Of a stretch of DNA of 64,000 nucleotides, positions 53,584 to 62,453 are shown piece by piece. A model generated the notes under the pieces. It was given only the letters and a program-made list of their open reading frames with translations. It was not told the DNA's origin and did not search any database. The position numbers were made by a program, and so were the translations under genes. Source of the stretch: a virus (Duplodnaviria > Caudoviricetes); IMG/VR virus record IMGVR_UViG_3300005544_000020, positions 160,001-224,000 of that record; one strand, 5' to 3'. The stretch's first letter is position 1. The number at the start of each line of letters is the position of its first letter.

Positions 53584-54324
53584 TTACTTGCTGCTGATGG
53601 TAAAGGCCGGTTCTGAGGGCATCTTGCTCTTGTCTTCCGGTTCCGTCGTATATTCCATGACCGTGAAGCCGCAAATGATCTGGAAGGGAGGATGCTTGAG
53701 ATCCGCCGGGGCCTGGATCTCCATCCTCACGATCATCTTGTTCTGAACGAAGATGCCCAAGCGCTTCGCCGGATCCGCAGTCATCTCCTTCTGATTCAGC
53801 GCGACCGCCAGGCAGATGTGCTTATGGCCCATGGGATTGATGACCGGAGACCAGCCACGAACGCCGCCTCCGTCCTTGGCGATCAGATAATCGTCAATCG
53901 GCGATTTGTTGATGACGGGAGAGTCGTCGAACTTGCACTGGATCGTGCAACGTCGGAGCTGCTCGAAGACTTCATCGGTGGTATTCGCGTGGACCCTGAT
54001 CCACGGCCGAACGACCATGAAGGCGTTGTTCTGACCGCAGGATGCGCGCAGGAAGAACGTTTCGACGCCTTCCGCCAAGCTATTTTCAGGAACGTCGTAC
54101 GAAGATTTCCAATCCGGTTTGAGGAATCGCCTGACGCCGTATGCGACATCCTTGACCTGATCGATCAGCCCGGCATAGTCCGGGAAATCGAACTCGTCGG
54201 GATGCGACAGGTTCGTGCGAAGGCGGTCGAGAAGCCAGCGGACTTCCTCTCTCGAGATGTCCTTGCCCTGCTCCACGACATGAGCCAGGAACGCCAGCTT
54301 CTTCCGATCTTCGTCTGTCAGCAT
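53584..54324 (-). CDS. hypothetical protein
   Basis: Long ORF, codon usage. Confidence 0.6.
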   Translation of the reverse strand: MLTDEDRKKLAFLAHVVEQGKDISREEVRWLLDRLRTNLSHPDEFDFPDYAGLIDQVKDVAYGVRRFLKPDWKSSYDVPENSLAEGVETFFLRASCGQNNAFMVVRPWIRVHANTTDEVFEQLRRCTIQCKFDDSPVINKSPIDDYLIAKDGGGVRGWSPVINPMGHKHICLAVALNQKEMTADPAKRLGIFVQNKMIVRMEIQAPADLKHPPFQIICGFTVMEYTTEPEDKSKMPSEPAFTISSK

Positions 54325-54325
54325 G

Positions 54326-54739
54326 CTACCGCCGCGGTAAATATCCTAGTGCAGCTCCGAGAATAATGCCGAGAGAAATCAGAGATGCTACGAGCACGTA
54401 GAAAACCATGCTTGTCAGCCGGAAGGCGTATTTTGTGGGCGGCTCTTCCGGCTTGGCATTCTTGATCGCCTGAAGGCCATAGACCGAACAGGCCGGGCAA
54501 GCCACCGCGAGACTGATTTCCCTGTCGGAACTAAGACAGTATCGAACGCGTTCCGAAGGAAAATACTCCGGCTTGGGCATCATTCCGGTCTCGGGATTCT
54601 GGTCCGCGGGCACGATCGTCAGCACGCTCCAGCCCTTGGGAAGCCCCCTCTGCGAGTCTTCTGCAATCAAGACCTCGTTGTGCTTGCAGAAATCGCAGAC
54701 GTAGGTCGTCCGGACTTCCCTGCTCTGCTTAACACCCAA
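54326..54739 (-). CDS. zinc-binding protein with C-terminal TM
   Basis: CDFC...CPAC; SD GGAGG before TTG. Confidence 0.5.
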   Translation of the reverse strand: MGVKQSREVRTTYVCDFCKHNEVLIAEDSQRGLPKGWSVLTIVPADQNPETGMMPKPEYFPSERVRYCLSSDREISLAVACPACSVYGLQAIKNAKPEEPPTKYAFRLTSMVFYVLVASLISLGIILGAALGYLPRR

Positions 54740-55859
54740 GGACGACCTCCTTCTCGACGGCGATTTCGCCCAAGCCGTCCGAGGCCGGTTCGACGCTGAA
54801 GGTTGCGAAGTCGGCCGCGTAGCGGCTCTTCTTGAGTTCCGCGAGTGCCTGGACGAAGACCGCCCGGATCTCGGCATCCGCCGGCGCGCAGGCGCGCATC
54901 CGGAGCATGCGCTTCCACTGGCCTACCGAAGCGCTGAAGACCAGCTCCGTCAGGAGCGCATTCCCGAGATAGCCTCTGGCGGCGCCGCGGGCCTGCTTCC
55001 GCGCCGTGAACTTGTCCACGCCCTTTTCGATAAGCCAGGGCTGGAGAGTTTCGACCACCTCAGCATAGACCTTCCGGGCCAGATTTTTTACCGACCACAG
55101 GCGATCGATCCAGTTTGCCGCATCGCGAACGGAGAGGGTCTTCGCCAGATGCTGGTCGTATTCCTGGACGAGCGGATGGTCGATCCACTCGGATTCATTC
55201 TCCTGGACGAAGCGGGTGCTACGCTGGCTGATCCCGGTGCGATCGCCGTGCCGGACGAGCTCATGGCTGAAGCCGCGGCTGCCGACCATGAACATCGAGA
55301 CCCACTTCTCCTCGTCGGTCTCGGGCTCCACGGTCGCGCTCACGGACTTGTAGAACCGGATGTTTTGATCGCTGCGACCGCGAGGAGGAACCATCATGGG
55401 ATAGGCTTGCTCGGCATGGAACGAGAGCAGATCCCCAACGCAGAAGGTGGTAACTTCTCCGACCTTGTCGTCGACTCTGATTTCGTCGCTCCAGGTGTTC
55501 CAGTCGAGGATATTCCGGGGATTGAAGGTCACCCGGAAGCCGTCTTCGAAGCGGTTCTCCACCCAGAGGCCGGGACGATTAAGGAAGACCAGAGGTTCGA
55601 TCGGCTGCTTGACTTCGACGGTCATGTGCGCGTGCTCATAGACCGAGAGATGACCGACTTCCTTGATATGCTTGTGGTAGTCCGCCGACGAGCGGCCCGT
55701 GCCGACGCTGTCGTAGCAGACCCGGCCCGCGAGTTCGCTGAGTTGTTCTCGGACCAAGCCCTGGAGTTGATCCGCCCGAGGTGTTCCCATCTCGGATGGG
55801 ATGACGATGTTGGTGCTGCCATCCCAGACGAGTTTCGAAGTGACTCCGTACTTACCCAT
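54729..55859 (-). CDS. thyX: flavin-dependent thymidylate synthase (duplicated Thy1-type domains)
   Basis: GHLSVYEHA; SHELVRH...SQRSTRFV; ARGYL; AEIR. Confidence 0.8.
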   Translation of the reverse strand: MGKYGVTSKLVWDGSTNIVIPSEMGTPRADQLQGLVREQLSELAGRVCYDSVGTGRSSADYHKHIKEVGHLSVYEHAHMTVEVKQPIEPLVFLNRPGLWVENRFEDGFRVTFNPRNILDWNTWSDEIRVDDKVGEVTTFCVGDLLSFHAEQAYPMMVPPRGRSDQNIRFYKSVSATVEPETDEEKWVSMFMVGSRGFSHELVRHGDRTGISQRSTRFVQENESEWIDHPLVQEYDQHLAKTLSVRDAANWIDRLWSVKNLARKVYAEVVETLQPWLIEKGVDKFTARKQARGAARGYLGNALLTELVFSASVGQWKRMLRMRACAPADAEIRAVFVQALAELKKSRYAADFATFSVEPASDGLGEIAVEKEVVLGC

Positions 55860-55898
55860 GCTCTCCTTCCTTACGTTACGGGACCCTCTTACTCGGAC

Positions 55899-57014
55899 TT
55901 AGAACATCTCCTCGCCGGTTTCGCCCTCAGGGGCCGACTCGGCCGGGGCTGCCTGGACTTCCGGCCCCTTCCAGAGGATGCTCTTGTCCGACAGTTTCAC
56001 GATGTCGTTTCCCACGATCTCAGCCGTCTTCTTCGCGACGGCGTTGATCGCGTTGCCGACCTTCTTGATGTCGTCGTCCGACAGATCCCCGGGCGAGGGC
56101 TTCCCGGTGATGACCGCGAGCTTCTGCCGCGCGATCGCGCCGTCCTGGGTGTTGAAGACCATCTTGCAGACGGCATCCAGCTTCTGGACCATCACTTCCT
56201 TGCTCATCTTCGGCTTGGAGTCGGCGGGCGGGGCCGGAGGAGCCGCAGCCTTTTTCGGCTCTTCGGTCTTCTTGGGCTCCTCGACCTTCTTGGCCTCTTC
56301 CGGCTTCTTGACTTCTTCGGTTTTCTTGGGCTCCTCGGGCTTCTTCGCTTCCTCCTTCGGAGGCGTCGAAGGCGTTCCCCCCGAAGCGCCGGCAGGCGGC
56401 GTGACCGGCTTCGCAGTGTCCTTGGGCGGAGCCGTGTTTCCTTTCGGCGGAGCGGTGTTTCCCTTCGGCGGCGGCGGGGTGGTCACCTGACCGGTCGCCT
56501 TCGCGATCATGTTGGTGACCGCATCCTTGGGCATCAGCTTCAGCTTGCCGTTGCGCTCGGCCTTGGTGATGGCTTTCGTCGTGAACTCGGGATCCTCCAC
56601 CATGTCGAAGTCGGTGCCGGAATCATCCTTGTACCGCTTGGTCTTCCGGCTCATGCGCTTGTGGCCGAAGGTCGAGTCGAGCGCGATCTCCTGACCCGTC
56701 GCCGGATTCACGAAGAAGCGCTGGACCTTGACCCAGACGTTGATGCATTCCGGATCGAGCGGGCAGATCTCGATCTTCGGTTCGCCTTGGACGCGGTAGA
56801 CTTCGCCCTGTTTGGCGAACTCCCGGGCCGCCCAAAGGGCGCCTGCCGAGCTCAGGCCGTGCTTGCCGTTCACCTTGTAGGTGAACCCCGCAGTCACACG
56901 CTTCGCCATGGCCTCGATGATCTTCTTGTCGTCCGCCAGGTCGAATCTCTCGAGGAGTCCGCCGTTCGACGGGGCATCAGGCACGCTCAGCTCCTTGCTC
57001 GGATTTTCCGACAT
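55899..57014 (-). CDS. hypothetical protein with Pro/Lys/Glu-rich repeat linker, possibly a recombination/annealing protein
   Basis: Two globular-looking ends joined by PPKGNTA x2 and KKxEE repeats; located beside RusA-like and SSB genes. Confidence 0.55.
   Translation of the reverse strand: MSENPSKELSVPDAPSNGGLLERFDLADDKKIIEAMAKRVTAGFTYKVNGKHGLSSAGALWAAREFAKQGEVYRVQGEPKIEICPLDPECINVWVKVQRFFVNPATGQEIALDSTFGHKRMSRKTKRYKDDSGTDFDMVEDPEFTTKAITKAERNGKLKLMPKDAVTNMIAKATGQVTTPPPPKGNTAPPKGNTAPPKDTAKPVTPPAGASGGTPSTPPKEEAKKPEEPKKTEEVKKPEEAKKVEEPKKTEEPKKAAAPPAPPADSKPKMSKEVMVQKLDAVCKMVFNTQDGAIARQKLAVITGKPSPGDLSDDDIKKVGNAINAVAKKTAEIVGNDIVKLSDKSILWKGPEVQAAPAESAPEGETGEEMF
56425..56466. repeat. 21-bp tandem repeat (2 copies) in coding linker
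   Basis: ggcggagccgtgtttcctttc / ggcggagcggtgtttcccttc. Confidence 0.7.
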
Positions 57015-57048
57015 GTTCGTTTCCTCGTTTACCTTTTCGAGCTTCCGA

Positions 57049-57078
57049 AGAATACCCGTTTACCTATCATTACGTCAA
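57049..57078 (-). promoter_or_regulatory. sigma70-type promoter
   Basis: TTGACG-N18-TATTCT, GTAAAC in spacer. Confidence 0.5.
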
Positions 57079-57485
57079 GTTACTTTGCTTCCCCTCACGC
57101 CAGAGCCAGTCTTTTTCTTCGCGTTGATTTCGATGATGACCTTCACTTCTTCGCGACCCGTGTTGCACTGCACTCCGGATTCTTTCCCGGGAGCTACGTA
57201 GCGGTCGTCTTCATACCAGATTCCGTCTTCGATCGCACCGTATACGTTCTTCCAGTCGATGCGGGGTTCGTCCTTCCAGAAAACCTCGACGGATAGCTTC
57301 GGATTCATTTCCTTAAGGGCAGTGCCCATGTTCGGAGCTCCGGCTTCCATCGAGAGCAAGAGGACGTTCTTCTTGAACTGCCCGTAGGCCTTCGACCGGG
57401 CCCGCTCGTTGGGATGGAACATCGTTTTCCATGTGGTCTGTTTGTACCCCATGAGCGGGCCCGGGACGACGAACTCGATCTTCAT
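57075..57485 (-). CDS. RusA-like Holliday junction resolvase
   Basis: IEFVVPGP...PRIDWKNVYGAIEDGI..EDDRYV. Confidence 0.65.
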   Translation of the reverse strand: MKIEFVVPGPLMGYKQTTWKTMFHPNERARSKAYGQFKKNVLLLSMEAGAPNMGTALKEMNPKLSVEVFWKDEPRIDWKNVYGAIEDGIWYEDDRYVAPGKESGVQCNTGREEVKVIIEINAKKKTGSGVRGSKVT

Positions 57486-57486
57486 G

Positions 57487-57882
57487 CTAGAACGGAGCGT
57501 CCGGATCTCCGATGCCGGCACTCGCGGATTCGCCGGCGCCGCCGTCGCTTTCGGGCTTCGCGCCGAGGAACTGAATGTTGTCGGCGACGACCTTGACCTT
57601 GCTCCGTTTCTGTCCTTCCTGGCTCTCCCAGCGATCCTGCTGGAGCCGGCCGCAGACGAGGACCTGGCGGCCCTTCTTGCAATACTGCATCACGAGCTCG
57701 CCCGTCTTGTTCCACGCTTCGCAGTCGAAGAATGACACCTCTTCCTTCGCCTGGCCGTCCGAGCCCTTCGACTTCCGGTTCACCGCGATCGAGAAACCCA
57801 CGATCGTGTGGCTCCCGGCCGCCCGGCTCTCGGGATCCTTCGTCAGGTTCCCGATCAACCGCACTTCATTCAGAGTCGCCAT
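57487..57882 (-). CDS. ssb: single-stranded DNA-binding protein
   Basis: NEVRLIGNLTKDPE, KKGRQVLVCGRL, acidic DAPF tail. Confidence 0.92.
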   Translation of the reverse strand: MATLNEVRLIGNLTKDPESRAAGSHTIVGFSIAVNRKSKGSDGQAKEEVSFFDCEAWNKTGELVMQYCKKGRQVLVCGRLQQDRWESQEGQKRSKVKVVADNIQFLGAKPESDGGAGESASAGIGDPDAPF

Positions 57883-57899
57883 GCTGATCCTCCTTCCTT

Positions 57900-59558
57900 T
57901 CACTCGTTGGTTCGTACAAGAACTGTATTATCCGTCTCAGGATATCGGTACTCTCGAGTCCAGTCGCCTATGAGTCGTTCACGCACGATCATCAGCTCAT
58001 GCTGCATCCTGGTGGCGCCGACGAAGGCAACACGATGCTCATCATCGCCCGCTTTAGCGAGAGCCTTTGGAAAGGTTTCTGCCCAAAGCCAGACGCGCTT
58101 TGCCTGCCGACCTTTTGAAGCGTGAATCGTTCCGATCCGGGTCTTCGGGAGTTTCTCAAAATCGTATCGGGCCTGGTTCAACTTGTCGTAGTAGTCTCCA
58201 AAATTCAGGTCCACATCCCGACGATTCTTTTCCCGAATGGCTTTCATGAACCCTTCGGTAAAAAATGAGGACAGATCCCCGAAAGAAACTGTCTCATTTC
58301 CTTTTAAGGCCTCTGCCTTCTTTTTTACCCCGTGGAATACCAGCCTTCGTTTATCCACGGTCAAACTCGGAACTTTCTTCAGGAGATATTGAAGGCCGGT
58401 GGCCGTGATGGATTTGCCTTCTGAAAGATCTCGGAAGGCAAGATAAGCATTCAGTTCCGAGGCATTCTTGAAAGGATTCGACCCTCTTCTCTCGTTGTAA
58501 AACGGCACTCCTTCGTCCACGAGGCGATCCGCAATCTCGGAGCATCCCGCCACATGACGATGAAGAAGAAGATCTCCGTCCATCACTTCCGCAGGATCGA
58601 AGGAGAGTTTATTTCTGATGGGATTCTCGCGCCCTGCCAGGCCGATCACGTTTTTCGGCTGCCTTTCCTTGATCCGATCCGTGATCAACCCTGCATAGCG
58701 AACTCCATTGGGGCCGAAGCGATGCGTCTGCTCCAGAATTTTCACCTGAGTATCTGGATAGTTCCGATACTTGAGAAACTCGTGGGCGTTCGCTCCTTGA
58801 AAACTGAAAATCGCCTGATCATCATCCCCGCTGAAAAGGATGGTCTCGCAGCGGCCGAACCACAGTTTTTCAATAACTGCAAACTGAAGCGGACTCATGT
58901 CCTGGATTTCATCGATCACCGCCCTCTTCCATTTCGGCAGGACGATGAATCGCCTTCTCAGGACTTCCGCCAACATATCCGTAAAATCGAACTTCTGATC
59001 TTCTGCCTTGCCCTTTTCGTAAAGTGCCACGAAATGGGCATAGACTCCGGCAGAAAACCCAGGCCATTGATAATCCGTCGTCCCGGGATGAGGCTGTTTC
59101 TTGACGTAGTCCAGTTCTTCCACCGACCTTGAAAGAAGCCGCGACAGATCATACAGACTCTTGATCCTGGACCCTTCGGTTTGCGCATCGGGCTTCTCGA
59201 GCGTGGCCATGATGTGAGTCACGGCTTCACTAAAATCCTCAAGATCTCCGCCCTCTTCCTCATCCGCTACTTGGAACCCAACTTTCTTCGCCCATTCCTT
59301 CATCCACTTCGGATCGACGACGCTATCGCGGGTCAGTTCGAGGACGCGGAAACAAAGCGAATGGAGCGTCCTGAACCACCGATTATCCTGCTCGGTGAGG
59401 CCGAATCGTTTTGCCCCATCCTTGACTGCTGTTTTCATGAAACTTACGTAGGCAATCTCATCTAGAGAAATTCCTTCGTTCCTCCAAGCTTCCATCTGCC
59501 GGAGGTCGTACTCCGTCTTGCCGGTGCCTGGAGGACCAAAGACTAGAATGAGACCCAT
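57900..59558 (-). CDS. UvrD/Rep-like SF1 helicase
   Basis: GPPGTGKT, IDEIQD, SGDDDQAIFSFQG, TIHASKG, AFVGATR. Confidence 0.85.
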   Translation of the reverse strand: MGLILVFGPPGTGKTEYDLRQMEAWRNEGISLDEIAYVSFMKTAVKDGAKRFGLTEQDNRWFRTLHSLCFRVLELTRDSVVDPKWMKEWAKKVGFQVADEEEGGDLEDFSEAVTHIMATLEKPDAQTEGSRIKSLYDLSRLLSRSVEELDYVKKQPHPGTTDYQWPGFSAGVYAHFVALYEKGKAEDQKFDFTDMLAEVLRRRFIVLPKWKRAVIDEIQDMSPLQFAVIEKLWFGRCETILFSGDDDQAIFSFQGANAHEFLKYRNYPDTQVKILEQTHRFGPNGVRYAGLITDRIKERQPKNVIGLAGRENPIRNKLSFDPAEVMDGDLLLHRHVAGCSEIADRLVDEGVPFYNERRGSNPFKNASELNAYLAFRDLSEGKSITATGLQYLLKKVPSLTVDKRRLVFHGVKKKAEALKGNETVSFGDLSSFFTEGFMKAIREKNRRDVDLNFGDYYDKLNQARYDFEKLPKTRIGTIHASKGRQAKRVWLWAETFPKALAKAGDDEHRVAFVGATRMQHELMIVRERLIGDWTREYRYPETDNTVLVRTNE

Positions 59559-59562
59559 ATCT

Positions 59563-59787
59563 TTAGTTCGCCACCTTTCCAGCCTTCTTCGCCTGGTCGC
59601 TGTTGACCAGGACATCCAGACTCACCCGTACTTCCTTGAACTGATGTCCGAGAAGAATATCATCCACGCCGTGCCGCTCCAGGATGTAGCGGTCCAGGCC
59701 GTTTCCCTCGGCAGGCTCGAACCAGACGACGGCCGTGGGCCACTGGCCCTGGGCGGTCCGGCTGAGAAAAGCATCCACCTTCCTCAT
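59563..59787 (-). CDS. hypothetical protein
   Basis: ATGA overlap start. Confidence 0.5.
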   Translation of the reverse strand: MRKVDAFLSRTAQGQWPTAVVWFEPAEGNGLDRYILERHGVDDILLGHQFKEVRVSLDVLVNSDQAKKAGKVAN

Positions 59788-60455
59788 GCGACCGTCACCT
59801 CGCGATGGGCTTCCTTCGAGATGACGCGGAGCTTCGCGTTCATCTTGTGGAAGTACCGCCACCGCTCCTCGAGCCCCTTGTCTTCGAGCTGCCGGCCACA
59901 TGTCAGGTCGTTTCCTTCCGTTACTGGAGGGTTCGCTTCGTGGATCCACTCCTCGTCGTTGAAGCGGTCCGCGAGCGCCAGGAAAGTATCGGGTTCAGTA
60001 TGGTCAATATAGGACACACTACGAGTCATCATTACTTTCCTCACCGGACAAAGAATCTCCTCGGCTGCGCCGAAGGCCTTCTCGCGCTCCGCGACGAGAT
60101 GATCCATCACCGTCGAGCGAAGCGCATCAAGATACTCCTCCCAGTGCGTCGGCGTGCTCACGCATTTCTGGTAGCTGAAGTCCGTTTGCGTTCCGTCCTT
60201 CCTGAAAAGATAGAAGCAGCGGTTCTTGCCTCCATAATTCGTGTTCGTGAGGACCTTGAAATATTTGATTCCCGTTCCGATCTTATCGGCCGCTTCCTTG
60301 TGCCGGCGGATGAGCTGGCAGAGGAAGGAATGATGAGGCTCCTCGATCACGACGCCCTGCGGGATATCCGCGAGCAGTTTCTGGATGTGGGCCTTGAACT
60401 CCGCGCTGGTCGCGAAGAATTGCCCGTTGATCGAGACTGCTTTCCCCCTGCCCAT
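59784..60455 (-). CDS. DCL/DUF3223-family protein
   Basis: KIGTGIKYF...RCFYLFRKDGTQTDFSYQKC. Confidence 0.65.
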   Translation of the reverse strand: MGRGKAVSINGQFFATSAEFKAHIQKLLADIPQGVVIEEPHHSFLCQLIRRHKEAADKIGTGIKYFKVLTNTNYGGKNRCFYLFRKDGTQTDFSYQKCVSTPTHWEEYLDALRSTVMDHLVAEREKAFGAAEEILCPVRKVMMTRSVSYIDHTEPDTFLALADRFNDEEWIHEANPPVTEGNDLTCGRQLEDKGLEERWRYFHKMNAKLRVISKEAHREVTVA

Positions 60456-62104
60456 CAGTCTCCATCCTCGATCGGAAAAGGGAACCTCTCCATCCTCCAG
60501 CTCGTGACGGGAGAGGACACGATGTAGAGCGGACCTTTCGACCTGGTCGCGCCGACGTAGGCTACGCGAAGTTCGGCGGGATCCTTCATGCATCTAGGAA
60601 GGACCTCATCCCAGAGAAAGACCGAGTCTGCATCGCGGCCCTTCGATCCATGAATCGTCGTGATCGTAATCTGCGGTTCGAGGTCGCCGCCCAGTTCCCA
60701 ACCAGACTCCTCGAGGGCTTGGTAGTATGACGCGAACCGGACATCGGTGACGCTCCAGTCTCCAGCTCGTAGGGCATCCCAGAAGAATTCGGTGAAATGC
60801 TGGGATAGTTCCAACGGCGTGATGGTCTGATCGGGTTCCATATCCTCAAGCTTGGTCATCGAGCCGTGCTTCAGGAACTTGACCCGTTCGCCGTTGATCT
60901 CTTTCGACGACCGAATCACCTTCGTCATGGATTTGATGTCGCCGCCGTCCAGGATCTCCCCGCGGACAGCTTTCGAAATCGCCTTGAAGCCGGCGATCTC
61001 GATGCCTTTGCCGAGAGGATTCGCGCCGCGTTCTGCCCAGAAGGGAATGCCGTTCATGATGCAGTGCGCGGAGAGGGCGTTGCAGCCTTCTCGATGCCGA
61101 TGGAGCCAGAACTTGCTGCCGTAGGCCTCGGTCGCCTCCTCCACGTCCCAGATCCTTTTGATCGTGTTGTTGATGGCCTTTGCCGGAACGATGTGTTTGG
61201 GTTCGCTGTCCGGAAGACCCTGCACGATCCGCTGGCCCAGGTCGATGATCTTCTGACCGAATCGATGGGTGGTCGGAAGATGGATCCGGCGGCTTCGATT
61301 CCGATACGACAGGAATGATGCGGCCGAGGATCCCTGGAAGGACATGATCGCCTGAAAGTCGTCTCCCGCGTAGTAGGCGACGCGGGCCCGATCGGACAGT
61401 TTGTCGACCACGAGCCACTGGAGCGGGGAGAGGTCCTGGGCCTCATCGATGAAGACCACCTTCCAGTCCGGAAGGTCGATCGGCCGGAGGAGGACCTGTT
61501 CGAGCATATCCACGAAGTCGAGAAGCTCGCCGCCCTTCCAGGCTTCGTAGCTTTCGACCACGTCGGCGTACCGGCTCCAGTCCATGTGGCCGAAGTACTG
61601 GAGGGCGGAGGGGGAAGGCTCCTTCCGGGCCCGGTCGAGATCGGCCACGCTTTCGGCCGTCAGGCGCGCGTGCTGATACATCCCGAGCAGCTTCGAAATC
61701 GCGCTCCCGGACTCCTCGCTCGAGCTCCGGACCCGTTCGATGGCCAGGATGATCTTGGCGATGTCCGCGGCCTCGTCCTCCTCCATCGCCAGTTCGTCGT
61801 TGATCTCGACGCCCATCCGTCCGCCGAACTCCCGGAGCTTGGCGCCGCTGACCACCTGACCCCGTCCGACCCGGAGGAGCTTGAAGCAGACCGAGTGGAG
61901 CGTCCGGAACCAGAGATGCCGGCGCTCATCCCCCGTCACCCCGGCCCGGACGGCGGCGTCGTTGGCGGCTTCCCGGGCAAACGTCGAGTAAAGGACCTGC
62001 TCCTTGGAACAGTAGCCGCTCTTGATGTACGTCGCGGCCATGTCCGTGCAGAACCTGGTCTTCCCGCACCCCGCCGAGGCCCAGACCGTGAAGATGTCTA
62101 CCAC
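60455..62104 (-). CDS. second UvrD/Rep-like SF1 helicase
   Basis: ASAGCGKT, IDEAQD, AGDDFQAI, TIHGSKG, AYVGATR. Confidence 0.85.
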   Translation of the reverse strand: MVDIFTVWASAGCGKTRFCTDMAATYIKSGYCSKEQVLYSTFAREAANDAAVRAGVTGDERRHLWFRTLHSVCFKLLRVGRGQVVSGAKLREFGGRMGVEINDELAMEEDEAADIAKIILAIERVRSSSEESGSAISKLLGMYQHARLTAESVADLDRARKEPSPSALQYFGHMDWSRYADVVESYEAWKGGELLDFVDMLEQVLLRPIDLPDWKVVFIDEAQDLSPLQWLVVDKLSDRARVAYYAGDDFQAIMSFQGSSAASFLSYRNRSRRIHLPTTHRFGQKIIDLGQRIVQGLPDSEPKHIVPAKAINNTIKRIWDVEEATEAYGSKFWLHRHREGCNALSAHCIMNGIPFWAERGANPLGKGIEIAGFKAISKAVRGEILDGGDIKSMTKVIRSSKEINGERVKFLKHGSMTKLEDMEPDQTITPLELSQHFTEFFWDALRAGDWSVTDVRFASYYQALEESGWELGGDLEPQITITTIHGSKGRDADSVFLWDEVLPRCMKDPAELRVAYVGATRSKGPLYIVSSPVTSWRMERFPFPIEDGD

Positions 62105-62123
62105 TTCATCGTCCCGTATACAC

Positions 62124-62453
62124 GTTACTCTTCCGTTTAAATTCAGTAACCAACCTAACGTCCAAAGCGATTAGAGGGTTAAAAAGGCGTTAGGTGGTGT
62201 TAGAGTTTGGGTCGTTTTCAGCGATCCAACCTCACAAGAACCTGTATATTTGATCATATTTTGAAGAATGTTAGAATGTTAGGCTGTTAGGTGGGTGGTG
62301 AACCATTACAGTAATCATTTTCCTATAAACTGTGTATAGGGGAGCGAAAATCACCGCCACAATCGACAGCCTGGACGAGAAGACCGGGAGTTCGGACGTC
62401 CCGTCGGTCGCCATCCGTGTTAGATTGTGTGTTAGGTTTCTCATAGACCTAAC
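62124..62453. other. non-coding, relatively AT-rich region with GTTAG repeats; candidate replication origin
   Basis: GTTAG at 62189, 62199, 62270, 62278, 62286, 62419, 62431; CTAAC at 62155, 62449. Confidence 0.45.

Noticed and set aside
55149-57296. Long plus-strand ORFs (e.g. 715 aa here, 540 aa at 29104-30726, 478 aa at 18827-20263)
   Set aside because: They are antisense shadows of well-supported minus-strand genes in GC-rich DNA, with no motifs, SD or promoters.
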